DNA of 64,000 nucleotides from contig OZ244170.1 in the NCBI GenBank assembly GCA_965216565.1, positions 896,001-960,000 on the forward strand, written 5' to 3'. The position numbers and the translations under genes were made by a program. Below are positions 41,899-51,260 of this stretch, in pieces. Each line of letters opens with the position of its first letter. Position 1 is the stretch's first letter. Below the pieces are notes generated by a model. The model saw only the letters and a list, made by a program, of their open reading frames with translations. It was not told the DNA's origin and made no database searches. This DNA comes from Bythopirellula sp. Lineage in GTDB: Bacteria; Planctomycetota; Planctomycetia; Pirellulales; Lacipirellulaceae.

Positions 41899-42543
41899 TC
41901 ACTTCACAATCGAAAACCCAAAGCTCGTCCGCGGGCGTCGACGGGCGTGGTGATAGTAACCGAAGTGCGGGCTGCAGTGCAGCGGACCACAAGGGGGCGG
42001 GCCGTAGTAGTGCTCTTCGACCACCACGGGCGGCGGAACCGAGGCGACGGCCGTGCGGGCCGGTGGGTTTTGCATGACGGTAATCACGTCGGTCGAGACG
42101 CCATTGTTATGCAGAAAGATTACGTCGTCGGCAGAGAGGGGCCGCTGGACGCCCGACGTGCGGACGTAATTCTTGATTAACTGCGGATCGACGCCCGTGC
42201 GCGTCATCGCTACCACTTCGTCCATGGTGGCTGCGCCCGACTGGACTTGTCGTCCGAGTTGGGCGGCAATCTCGGCCCGGTTACGCGCCTGCAATTCGTC
42301 CATCGACTCGCCAACAGCGGCGCCAGTTAGGGCACCGAGTCCGGCACCGATGAGCGCGCCTGTACCCGCACTGCCGCCGGTGGCGTCGCCAATAATTGCT
42401 CCCGCCCCGGCTCCCGCCAGGGCCCCTACTCCGGCACCGCGGTCGGCATAATAGGGCGAACGGCAACCAACACTCACAAGTGTCAAAGCAACAACCAGGT
42501 GCGCGAACGCATTGTTGCGACAGCGGGACTTGAGCCAAGACAT
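41899..42543 (-). CDS. glycine-zipper lipoprotein
   Basis: lipobox VSVGC; GAGVGALAGAGAGAIIG...GALIGAGLGALTGAAVG. Confidence 0.85.
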   Translation of the reverse strand: MSWLKSRCRNNAFAHLVVALTLVSVGCRSPYYADRGAGVGALAGAGAGAIIGDATGGSAGTGALIGAGLGALTGAAVGESMDELQARNRAEIAAQLGRQVQSGAATMDEVVAMTRTGVDPQLIKNYVRTSGVQRPLSADDVIFLHNNGVSTDVITVMQNPPARTAVASVPPPVVVEEHYYGPPPCGPLHCSPHFGYYHHARRRPRTSFGFSIVK

Positions 42544-42591
42544 AGCAATACCACAGCAGGAGTCGACGGGTGAAGAAATTACGGGGCGGGA

Positions 42592-42620
42592 ATGGTCCCA
42601 GTCCGCAGGGCAAGGGTCAA
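42592..42620 (-). promoter_or_regulatory. possible sigma70 promoter for glycine-zipper lipoprotein gene
   Basis: minus strand TTGACC-N17-GACCAT. Confidence 0.45.
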
Positions 42621-42646
42621 TAGCGACCTGGTGCATTCGCTGGTTT

Positions 42647-42963
42647 GCCACAGAGATCACAGAGGGCACAGAGTCGGGGGGGATGTTGTGCTAGCCTTGC
42701 TGGTAGAACGGGTTAGTAGGCAGTCTGCTACCAGAAGAATTGCCAATATCGGAGTCTGTTTAGGGATTTAAATCGCGACTCACAAACTCAAAGCGAATTG
42801 TCACGCCGAGGTCTGCCGAGGGGTCTAGCCAGATTCCTCGGCAGACCTCGGAATGACAGCAACTGTCGTTGCTGAGTCCCGATTTAAGTTCCTGGACACA
42901 CTCAAGAAACTAGCCAGAAAGCAGCCCCGTTTTAATCTCTTTCATCTCTGTGAACTCGGTGGC
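42647..42963. repeat. Three-layer nested palindromic element
   Basis: outer CACAGAG arms; middle 31-bp IR 42752-42782/42873-42903; inner 42799-42858. Confidence 0.8.
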
Positions 42964-43052
42964 TAATCTGCGAACTCGGTGGCGAATCGTTCATTCTATT
43001 CGTAAAGTGCAAGCCATTTGCCCAGAGTTTCGCAGCCATAGTCGGGTTGTGC

Positions 43053-43081
43053 TTGCATATCCAGCCGCCCCGGCGTACAAT
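43053..43081 (+). promoter_or_regulatory. sigma70-type promoter of met operon
   Basis: TTGCAT-N17-TACAAT; predicted start ~43088, immediately before the aptamer-like motif. Confidence 0.75.
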
Positions 43082-43090
43082 TTAGAGCAA

Positions 43091-43133
43091 CTCGGGATTT
43101 GTGGCCGCTTGCAGCCGACACTGCTAAAGAGCC
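43091..43133 (+). ncRNA. putative SAM-II-like riboswitch aptamer (compact)
   Basis: tcgg-GATTTG-tggcc-GCTTGCA-g-ccga-cact-GCTAAAGAgcc; SAM-II hallmark blocks in order, upstream of methionine genes. Confidence 0.7.
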
Positions 43134-43191
43134 AACGCCAAACACTGAAAAGTCAGTGCGAGGCAACAATTCAGCTAGCTGGTTTATCAAG

Positions 43192-43225
43192 AGCCGCATT
43201 TGCCGAGAGTGAATGCGGTTTTTTT
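43192..43225 (+). terminator. intrinsic terminator (riboswitch expression platform)
   Basis: agccgcattt-gccgagagt-gaatgcggtt then T run, 50 nt before the start codon. Confidence 0.8.
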
Positions 43226-43274
43226 ATTGCGCTATATTTCCGACCACTCCCCCCTGACCCCCTCGCCTCTCACT

Positions 43275-44525
43275 ATGAGCCAGCTCGAAATGAAAAACCC
43301 ACCCGGCGATACCCAACCCGATGGTGATTCTTCGACCAAGCTAGACCACGATAAATTCCCCGAGGATTTTTCGACGCTCTCGGTCCACGCCGGCGAAGCA
43401 CGGCAGAAGCCGGGCAACTCGATCACCGATCCGATTTTCTGCGCGTCGACCTATTCTTTCGAAAGCACGCAGGCGGTGATCGACTTCATCGAGCAAAAGC
43501 AAACCCGGGAGGAGTACGGTCGCTACGGCAATCCGGGGGAACGGATTGTCGAGCGCAAGCTGGCTGCACTCGAAGGTGGCGAAGATGCGGTGCTTTATTC
43601 CAGCGGCATGGCGGCGATCGTCGGGCTGCTGATGTCGAAGCTAAGCAGTTGCGACGAGGTGATATTCTTCGACGAATGTTATCACCGCAGCCGCGAGTTT
43701 TGCACCAAACACCTGTCACGCTTCGGCGTGGTCACTCGGCAGGTGCGTGCCTGCGACTACGAGGCGATGGAAGCGGCCATCACGCCGCACACCAAAATGC
43801 TCATCAGCGAGTCGCCCACCAATCCGCACCTTAGTTGCGTCGACCTCGGTCGCTTTGCCGACATCGGTAAGCGGCATGGCGTGGAAACGCTGATCGATGC
43901 CACGCTGGCGACGCCTTACAACCTGCGACCCATCGATGCGGGGATCGACTACGTTTTGCACTCGGCCACCAAGTATCTTGGCGGACACAACGATCTACTG
44001 GCCGGCGTGGTGGTCGGTACGACCGAGCAGCTCGAACCAGTTCGCAATCTGCGCGGCATCATGGGTGCGGTCAACGGGCCGCAGAATGTGTATCTGCTCG
44101 CTCGGGGGCTAAAGACATTCGAACTTCGCATGCAACGGCATAACGAAAACGGACAAAAGATAGCCGAGTTCCTGGAGAGTCATCCTCGCGTCGAGCGGGT
44201 TTATTACCCGGGGCTCGAGTCGCATCCGTATCACGAAGTGGCCAAGCAAACAATGCGTGGCTACGGCGGGCTAGTCACGTTTCTGGTGAAAGACGCCGAC
44301 TGGCGGCAAACAGCCAACATCGTCGACGCCGCGAAAATCCCCCGCATCGCCCCCAGCTTGGGCGGCGTGGAATCGCTGATCGAACAACCGCTCGTAATGA
44401 GCTATTACCAGTGCACACCCGAAGAACGCAAACAGTTCGGCATCCCAGACAACATGATCCGCTTGTCAGCTGGGGTGGAGAACTCAGCCGATCTAGTTGC
44501 GGATTTAGAACAAGCACTGAGTTAG
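43275..44525 (+). CDS. metB: cystathionine gamma-synthase-like PLP trans-sulfuration enzyme
   Basis: [40 protein letters not shown]; exact specificity inferred. Confidence 0.75.
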   Translation: MSQLEMKNPPGDTQPDGDSSTKLDHDKFPEDFSTLSVHAGEARQKPGNSITDPIFCASTYSFESTQAVIDFIEQKQTREEYGRYGNPGERIVERKLAALEGGEDAVLYSSGMAAIVGLLMSKLSSCDEVIFFDECYHRSREFCTKHLSRFGVVTRQVRACDYEAMEAAITPHTKMLISESPTNPHLSCVDLGRFADIGKRHGVETLIDATLATPYNLRPIDAGIDYVLHSATKYLGGHNDLLAGVVVGTTEQLEPVRNLRGIMGAVNGPQNVYLLARGLKTFELRMQRHNENGQKIAEFLESHPRVERVYYPGLESHPYHEVAKQTMRGYGGLVTFLVKDADWRQTANIVDAAKIPRIAPSLGGVESLIEQPLVMSYYQCTPEERKQFGIPDNMIRLSAGVENSADLVADLEQALS

Positions 44526-44531
44526 TTTCTA

Positions 44532-44708
44532 ACCACAGAGGACACAGAGGACACGGAGATTGTCTTAAACAGGTTGCGATAGCGACACACTAAGCTGAAG
44601 GACACCTGATCGATCTATTTCTCTACTTCTTGAATTCAATCCTGTCGATCGGTCGAATCCCGTAATCCTGTCTTAACTATTCTCCATGCCCTCCGTGTCC
44701 TCTGTGGT
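44532..44708. repeat. CACAGAG-family palindrome enclosing an AATCCTG-family arm
   Basis: accacagaggacacagaggacacggag ... ctccgtgtcctctgtggt. Confidence 0.75.
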
Positions 44709-44727
44709 AATTTGAACAAGAATAACC

Positions 44728-45885
44728 ATGAGCAATCAACGTTTCCGAACACGCGCTATCCACGTTGGCAACGAAAAGTGTGCTGAGACCGGCGCCGTTG
44801 TGCCGCCGTTGCATTTGGCGTCGACGTTCGTGCAACCGGGGGCCGGGGATTGGGGGGAATTCGATTACTCTCGCAGCGGCAACCCGACGCGGAAGAATTT
44901 GGAAACCACGCTCACTTCGCTCGAAAACGGGGTCGGCGCGCTCGCCTTTGCCAGCGGGATGGCGGCGACCCATTGCGTGGCAAGCATGCTTAGCGCCGGC
45001 GACCATATCGTTGCCGGCAGCGATATCTACGGCGGCACTTATCGTCTTCTGCACAAAGTTACCAACCGCGCGGGCATCGAAGTCTCGCTTGTCGACGCCA
45101 CCCAGCCCGAGCGATTAAGGGAAACGCTCACCCCGGCGACCAAACTAGTTTGGATCGAAAGCCCAGGAAATCCGTTGCTCTCCATCACCGATATCGCGAA
45201 ATGTGCAGAGATTGCGCATCAGCACGGGGCCTTGCTTGGCGTCGATAGCACCTTCGCTACGCCCGTTTTAACGCGTCCCCTGGAGTTGGGAGCCGATATC
45301 GTGATGCATTCGGCCACAAAATATCTGGGTGGCCATAGCGATTTGGTCGGCGGCGCGTTGGTGGTGAAAGATCAGCAGCTTTACGACGAATTATATTTCG
45401 TTCAAAACTCCACCGGCGCGATTATGGGTCCGCTGGAAGCATTTCTCTGTTCCCGCGGCATCAAAACTTTGGAACTGCGCGTCCGCGAACAATGCCGCAC
45501 CACTACCCAATTGGCTGAGTGGTTGAACCAGCACCCGCGAGTCGAACGTGTTCTTTATCCGGGCATCGCCACGCACCCAGGACACGAACTCGCCAGCCGA
45601 CAGATGGACGGGGCCTTTGGAGCGATGCTTGCCTTTGAAATCCAAGGCGACTATTCGGCAGCAAAGAGATTTGCGGAGTCGACCGAGTTATTCCAATTGG
45701 CAGTAAGTCTCGGGGCGGTAGAATCCCTCATCGAACAACCCGCCTCGATGTCGCACGCCAGCTACGACGCCGCGGACCGTGCGAAACATGGTATCTCCGA
45801 TGGACTCATTCGCTTGTCGGTTGGTTTGGAAGCGGTGGAAGACTTACGGGCCGACCTGGAATTGGCTTTTAGTAAAATGGATTAA
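44728..45885 (+). CDS. cystathionine beta/gamma-lyase-like trans-sulfuration enzyme
   Basis: [43 protein letters not shown]. Confidence 0.88.
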   Translation: MSNQRFRTRAIHVGNEKCAETGAVVPPLHLASTFVQPGAGDWGEFDYSRSGNPTRKNLETTLTSLENGVGALAFASGMAATHCVASMLSAGDHIVAGSDIYGGTYRLLHKVTNRAGIEVSLVDATQPERLRETLTPATKLVWIESPGNPLLSITDIAKCAEIAHQHGALLGVDSTFATPVLTRPLELGADIVMHSATKYLGGHSDLVGGALVVKDQQLYDELYFVQNSTGAIMGPLEAFLCSRGIKTLELRVREQCRTTTQLAEWLNQHPRVERVLYPGIATHPGHELASRQMDGAFGAMLAFEIQGDYSAAKRFAESTELFQLAVSLGAVESLIEQPASMSHASYDAADRAKHGISDGLIRLSVGLEAVEDLRADLELAFSKMD

Positions 45886-45961
45886 ATTGATTTTTCACCG
45901 CTAAACCGCAAGCGATGAATTGAGCGATTAGCAACTAACGACTAACAACAAACAAAATCCT

Positions 45962-46873
45962 ATGCAACTAGGCTTCGTCAGCGCGATTTTCGGTGATCTT
46001 ACCTTCGAGGAAGTGCTGCGTCATGCCGCGGAGATTGGCTACGACTGCGTCGAGGTGATGTGCTGGCCGCCGGGCGGACCCGACCGCAAGTATGGCGGCG
46101 TCATGCATTTGGACGTCACCAACTTCACGCCCAGCAAGGCCGACGACACCCGGGCGCTCTGCGAAGAGCACGGTGTTTCGATCTCCGCTCTCGGTTATTA
46201 TTCGGTGCTGTTGTCCGCCGAGGCGGATCAAGCCCAAGCCGCACGGGAACATCTGCCTAAGGTCGTCGATGCCGCCGCCATGTTGGGGCTATCGACAGTC
46301 AATACGTTTGCCGGTGCCAACTATCAGCTTGGGCTGGAAGAAAATCTCAAGCTGTTTGCCGAGGTCTGGCCCGACCAGATTCGTCACGCGGAAGACAAGG
46401 GCATTCGCATCGCGATTGAAAATTGCCCAATGCTTTTTGAAAACACCTGGCCGTTCGGACTCAACCTGGCCCACTCCCCGGCGGTATGGCGACGGATGTT
46501 CAATCTGATACCCTCGGAAAGCTTTGGGCTGAACTACGATCCGTCTCATCTTAAAATGCAATTGATGGACCCCATCGCGCCGATCCGCGAATTTGGCCCG
46601 CGTATTTTTCACACGCACGCCAAAGACATGCTGGTCGATCCGCTTCGCCTGAACGACGTGGGATCACTCGCCCTGCCGATGGACCGCAGCATCGCGAGAA
46701 TCCCCGGCGCAGGCGACATCGATTGGCAAGCCTGGCTCGCGGCACTCACCGAAGTGGGCTACGATGGACCGGTGTGCGTAGAAGTGGAAGACGAAGAGTT
46801 CGAAGGCTCTCTCGACCTCCGACGCAAATCGCTAGAACTAAGCCACGCCGCTCTCCGGCCGTTGCTCACCTAG
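45962..46873 (+). CDS. sugar phosphate isomerase/epimerase (TIM barrel, AP-endonuclease-2 family)
   Basis: IAIENCPM, GLNYDPSH, HTHAKD, PG.GDIDW, GYDG.V.VE.ED. Confidence 0.88.
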   Translation: MQLGFVSAIFGDLTFEEVLRHAAEIGYDCVEVMCWPPGGPDRKYGGVMHLDVTNFTPSKADDTRALCEEHGVSISALGYYSVLLSAEADQAQAAREHLPKVVDAAAMLGLSTVNTFAGANYQLGLEENLKLFAEVWPDQIRHAEDKGIRIAIENCPMLFENTWPFGLNLAHSPAVWRRMFNLIPSESFGLNYDPSHLKMQLMDPIAPIREFGPRIFHTHAKDMLVDPLRLNDVGSLALPMDRSIARIPGAGDIDWQAWLAALTEVGYDGPVCVEVEDEEFEGSLDLRRKSLELSHAALRPLLT

Positions 46874-46923
46874 CGAGCCGAGGCGTCCCCACCCCTGGCA
46901 GATTTGCAATTGATTGGTTCCCA

Positions 46924-47592
46924 TCACCTAAAGCTCACCGGCAACCCAAGCGCCGCTTCCAACCGCTCCAGGTAATCGTCTCTAGAAATCTCCAGCACCC
47001 CTAGCCGCCCTGTGTGCGGGGTCCATTGTTGCACGTCCAGAAGTTGATAGCCGCGCTGGTTGAGATGCTCCACCAATGTCGCCAGCGCGACTTTCGAGGC
47101 GTCGCGCGAGCGGTAGAACATGCTCTCGGCGGCAAAGAATCCGCCGATGCCGACGCCATAAGTTCCGCCTACCAGTTTGCCATCCTTCCATGCTTCCACA
47201 CTGTGGGCATGGCCGTGGGTGTGCAGATCGGTGTATGCGTCGATCATTTCGGCCGTCAGCCAGGTGCCCCCCTGTCGGCCCGGTCCCTTAGCACAGGCGC
47301 GAATCACTTTGCCGAAGGCTTCATTGAATGTCACGCGGAACTCGCCATTACGCATCCGGCGCTGGACCCGTCGAGAGACATACATTCCGTCCAAGGGGAG
47401 AATCGCCCGGGGATCGGGCGACCACCATAGCATGGGATCTTCCTCATACACGGGCCAGGGAAAGATTCCGTGACGATAAGCGTCCAGTAATCGATCAATT
47501 GTCAAATCTCCACCGATCGCAACCAGTCCATCCGGCGTAGAACTCTCCGGAGGCGGGAAAAACCGCGAAGGGGTGGCAGAGGAAGGGTCCAA
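46924..47592 (-). CDS. aat: leucyl/phenylalanyl-tRNA--protein transferase
   Basis: GL.A.GGDL, AY.HGIFPW, WWSPDPR, AHSVE.W, ESMF, DASKVA. Confidence 0.95.
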   Translation of the reverse strand: MDPSSATPSRFFPPPESSTPDGLVAIGGDLTIDRLLDAYRHGIFPWPVYEEDPMLWWSPDPRAILPLDGMYVSRRVQRRMRNGEFRVTFNEAFGKVIRACAKGPGRQGGTWLTAEMIDAYTDLHTHGHAHSVEAWKDGKLVGGTYGVGIGGFFAAESMFYRSRDASKVALATLVEHLNQRGYQLLDVQQWTPHTGRLGVLEISRDDYLERLEAALGLPVSFR

Positions 47593-47772
47593 GAGTTTGT
47601 ATCTTAGGTTACTTGGCTAGTTGACTTTTGGGCAGAAAACCGGGGAACATAGTATAATCGAAACTGGCGACGGGCCCTGACGGCGGGCCCTGTTCCGTGG
47701 ACTCTGGGTTGAGACGAGTGTAGAGACGAGTGGGGATTTGCCCCTATTCGTCAGTAGGACTAGGAATTTCAA

Positions 47773-48963
47773 ATGCTCGATAATGATCAAGCTCCTTTGT
47801 TTCCGAACAAAACGGTCTCCACCCCTATTGTGGACCAGCAGCCAAAAACCGTCCAGCAAATTCAAGATCCGCTGCAGTCATCCCGTTTGGCCCGCTTGCT
47901 GCTGATTTTTGCCCTGTTGTTCATTGTGCTAGTAACGCCCTCGGTTGTCGAACGCGTTCAATATTCGATCACCGCGGCCAAGGAACGCGCCAAATACGAC
48001 GTGGCCAAGGAATATCAGGAGGATCTGAACCTCAATCAAGTCTCCAATGCGTCGCGGTTGCTGGCGAATTTTGTTGGCCCCAGTGTGGTTAACGTGCGAA
48101 CCAGCATGAGGACAGGCCATGGACAAGGTTCCGGCGTGATTGTCGATGATAGTGGTTACATCATTACCAACAACCACGTTGTTCGCGGAGTGAATTCGGT
48201 TGAAATCCAGCTCAGCGACGGTCGCCGTGGTTCGGCAACTGTGGTCGGACGCGACACCCTGTTGGACGTGGCCGTGCTGAAAACCGAGTTGGAAAACTTA
48301 GTTGCCGCCGAATGGGGCGATAGCGATCAACTTGATGTAGGCGACATCGTGTGGGCTCTCGGGAGTCCGTTTGGTTTGCAGAAAAGCATCACCTTTGGCA
48401 TTCTCAGCGCTAAGGAACGTCGGGGGATCAATCCTGGAAGGGATTCGATTTACCAGGAGTACCTACAAACCGATGCGGCTGTGAACCCTGGCAATAGCGG
48501 CGGTCCTTTGGTCAACACCGAAGGGCAAATTGTCGGCATCAACACGGCCATCATCGGCGATTCGTACCAGGGAATAAGTTTTTCCATTCCTAGCACGGTC
48601 GCGAAAGAAGCTTACGAAAAGCTTCGTACCGTTGGCTATGTGGAACGGGGTTACCTGGGCGTGGAGCCCCATCGAGTTTCCGACCGCATGGCACGTCGAT
48701 TGGGCATCAAACGAGACGAGGGCGTTCTGATTACTAAGGTGGAGCCAAACACACCGGCGCATGAGGCAGGCCTACAAATTGGCGACGTCTTGATTTCTTG
48801 GGATGGGGTCGCCTACTCCGATCCCACGGTGCTCAGCCAGGCGATTGCCGGCACACCAATCGGCACCCGCGTACCCGTGGAAGTGCTAAGGTATGACCAA
48901 AAAGAGGCTCAGGAGCTCGACTTAGAAGTGGTGGTTGCCCTGAGACCTAATCGCTCGCAATAA
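47773..48963 (+). CDS. HtrA/DegP-like serine protease (trypsin + one PDZ), membrane anchored
   Basis: GSGVI, TNNHVV, DVAVLK, QTDAAVNPGNSGGPL. Confidence 0.93.
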   Translation: MLDNDQAPLFPNKTVSTPIVDQQPKTVQQIQDPLQSSRLARLLLIFALLFIVLVTPSVVERVQYSITAAKERAKYDVAKEYQEDLNLNQVSNASRLLANFVGPSVVNVRTSMRTGHGQGSGVIVDDSGYIITNNHVVRGVNSVEIQLSDGRRGSATVVGRDTLLDVAVLKTELENLVAAEWGDSDQLDVGDIVWALGSPFGLQKSITFGILSAKERRGINPGRDSIYQEYLQTDAAVNPGNSGGPLVNTEGQIVGINTAIIGDSYQGISFSIPSTVAKEAYEKLRTVGYVERGYLGVEPHRVSDRMARRLGIKRDEGVLITKVEPNTPAHEAGLQIGDVLISWDGVAYSDPTVLSQAIAGTPIGTRVPVEVLRYDQKEAQELDLEVVVALRPNRSQ

Positions 48964-49201
48964 TCTCAGAGATAAGAGATGAGTGTCCAGAGTCCAGAGA
49001 GACCTACGTAGGGTGTGCCAAAGCAAAGCGGCGGCACACCGTTTTGGTTGATTTGGTGCCCGACCAATCGGTGGGCCTGACGGCACCACCCCACAGGTTG
49101 AATTTCAACGTAGCCTAGAGACGAGAAAAACAGTCGATTGCGTTTCAAAAACTAGATGTTTTTCGTCTCTCGACTAAAAAATCCAAAGGATTCCCTCCAA
49201 C

Positions 49202-51103
49202 GTGGCTTCCGATTTGCAGGATGTGAAGGAGCAAGTGCGACAGGCCACAGATATTGTGGAACTGGTCGGCAGCTACTCCACGCTGCGCCGCCAAGGAAGA
49301 AATTACGTAGCGCTGTGCCCCTGGCACGACGACTCGCGACCTAGTCTGCAGGTGAATCCCGATCGACAGTCATTCAAGTGTTGGGTGTGCGACATCGGTG
49401 GCGATGTGTTCAGCTTTCTCATGCGAATGGAAAGCCTAGAGTTTCGCGAAGCACTCGAGATGCTCGCTGATCGGGCGAGCATCGAGCTCAAGCCCACTCG
49501 CGGTTCGGGCGGCGAGTCGAGCGAGTTCGATCGCCGCAATCTGCTAGCGGCAATGGCTTGGGCTGAACGTCAGTTTTGTGAGTGCCTCGCCCACTCACCC
49601 GAAGCCCAGCCTGCCCGCGATTATCTTCGTGAGCGCGATGTCAGTAGCGAGAGTATTGCCAAGTTTCATATGGGCTTTGCCCCCGACCGGTGGGATTGGC
49701 TACTCGGCAAGGCACAACGCGAAGGCTATTCGCCGGCCGTGCTCGAACGAGTAGGTTTGGTCTCTCCACGCCAATCGGGCGAAGGTTTTTACGATCGCTT
49801 CCGTGGACGACTCATGTTTTCGATTCGCGATGTCCGTTCGCGTCCGATTGCCTGTGGAGGTCGTGTCTTGCCCGGCGTGGGGAAAAGCGATCCCGATCGC
49901 ACTGAGGCAAAATACACTGAGGCCAAATACATCAACAGCCCAGAGACGCCCCTGTTTAGCAAGAGTGCCGAGCTCTACGCCTTAGATGTGGCACGTGCTG
50001 GCATCACGCAAGAAAACGGGTTGGTCGTGATGGAGGGCTATACTGACGTCATCGCGGCACACCAGCATGGCATCGACAACGCGGTGGCAGTTTTGGGCAC
50101 CGCGTTGGGTGAACGTCATGTGGGTTTGATGCGTCGTTATACAGATCGCGTGACGTTGGTGCTTGATGGCGACGAAGCAGGTCAACGCCGCACCATGCAG
50201 ATCCTGGACGAACTGCTAGCACTCTTCGTAGAAAATGAAATAGATTTACGGATTCTGACCTTGCAATCGGGGTGCGATCCATGTGATGTTATTCAGACGC
50301 AAGGAAGCGACGCGTTTCGACAATTACTATCCACTTCGGTGGATGCCCTCGAACACAAGATAAACGCTGTGACCAACGGATTGGCATCGGCCCCAGGCAC
50401 TCATCGTTCCGCACAAGCGGTAGAGCAATTGCTCACGGCGCTGGCTCGTGCATTGCCCCAGCAACTGCTCAGCTCATCAGCCGCTTATTTGCGTGAGCAA
50501 CAAATCATGTCGCGGCTCTCGCGAGAATTCGGCTTGAGCGAAGAGGTGCTTCGCACTCGGCTCGCCGCCCACCGCCAAGAGTTGGCCACCAGCAACCGCC
50601 GCTCGCTCATCAGAGACACGCAGAGCGAAGAAAATACAGCACACCCCACGGCCCGCATTGAACTAAGTCCTTGGGAACGCGAGCTACTAGAGTTGCTCAT
50701 CCATCAGCCCGATTTCTTGCCTCGCCTGGCCCAGGACGTGGCCCCCGAAGACATTCCCAACGCGTCGTGCCGCATGTTTTACGCACGCGCATTGGAACTG
50801 ATGCACGATGGGCAAATTCCAACCTACGACGAATTGTCTCTCGTCACCGATAACCCAGCCGAGCAGAACTTGCTTGTGGATTGCGACGAAAGTGGCCGCG
50901 CCAAGCAAGACAGCGACGCCGATCGTCGCGTCGAAGATTTCTTGGCTTGGTTTGCAAACTCAAAAGAACAAACTCGCCAACAATCGCAGTTGGCAGAATT
51001 GAAACAACAGCGCTTGGATCCCGAGCACGAACAGGAGGTACTCGCAGAACTTTTTCACGACCTAAAGCGTCGTCAATCAGGTTCCACACCCACGGATGGG
51101 TGA
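49202..51103 (+). CDS. dnaG: DNA primase
   Basis: CPWHDD.RPS..C..C zinc finger, DRFRGR, KYINSPET, EGYTD, LDGDEAG. Confidence 0.96.
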   Translation: MASDLQDVKEQVRQATDIVELVGSYSTLRRQGRNYVALCPWHDDSRPSLQVNPDRQSFKCWVCDIGGDVFSFLMRMESLEFREALEMLADRASIELKPTRGSGGESSEFDRRNLLAAMAWAERQFCECLAHSPEAQPARDYLRERDVSSESIAKFHMGFAPDRWDWLLGKAQREGYSPAVLERVGLVSPRQSGEGFYDRFRGRLMFSIRDVRSRPIACGGRVLPGVGKSDPDRTEAKYTEAKYINSPETPLFSKSAELYALDVARAGITQENGLVVMEGYTDVIAAHQHGIDNAVAVLGTALGERHVGLMRRYTDRVTLVLDGDEAGQRRTMQILDELLALFVENEIDLRILTLQSGCDPCDVIQTQGSDAFRQLLSTSVDALEHKINAVTNGLASAPGTHRSAQAVEQLLTALARALPQQLLSSSAAYLREQQIMSRLSREFGLSEEVLRTRLAAHRQELATSNRRSLIRDTQSEENTAHPTARIELSPWERELLELLIHQPDFLPRLAQDVAPEDIPNASCRMFYARALELMHDGQIPTYDELSLVTDNPAEQNLLVDCDESGRAKQDSDADRRVEDFLAWFANSKEQTRQQSQLAELKQQRLDPEHEQEVLAELFHDLKRRQSGSTPTDG

Positions 51104-51260
51104 GGTGATTGTCGACGAGAGAACACAAGAGTTACTGCTTCGCTAAAAACCCGCACGTAGCCACACCCCAGAAAGTGGCTCAATGACCCGCAGCGAACAG
51201 TCTCTTGAGTTCCAATCCGATTTACTTTCTCGAGCACATGAGGTGCCAGAGAGGTTCCCG

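Noticed and set aside
43184..43225. 'ttatcaagag' resembling the 5' end of a SAM-I (S-box) riboswitch
   Set aside because: The downstream S-box elements (GAGGGA kink-turn, GCAACC, GUGC, GAU closing strand) are absent; the sequence runs straight into the terminator.
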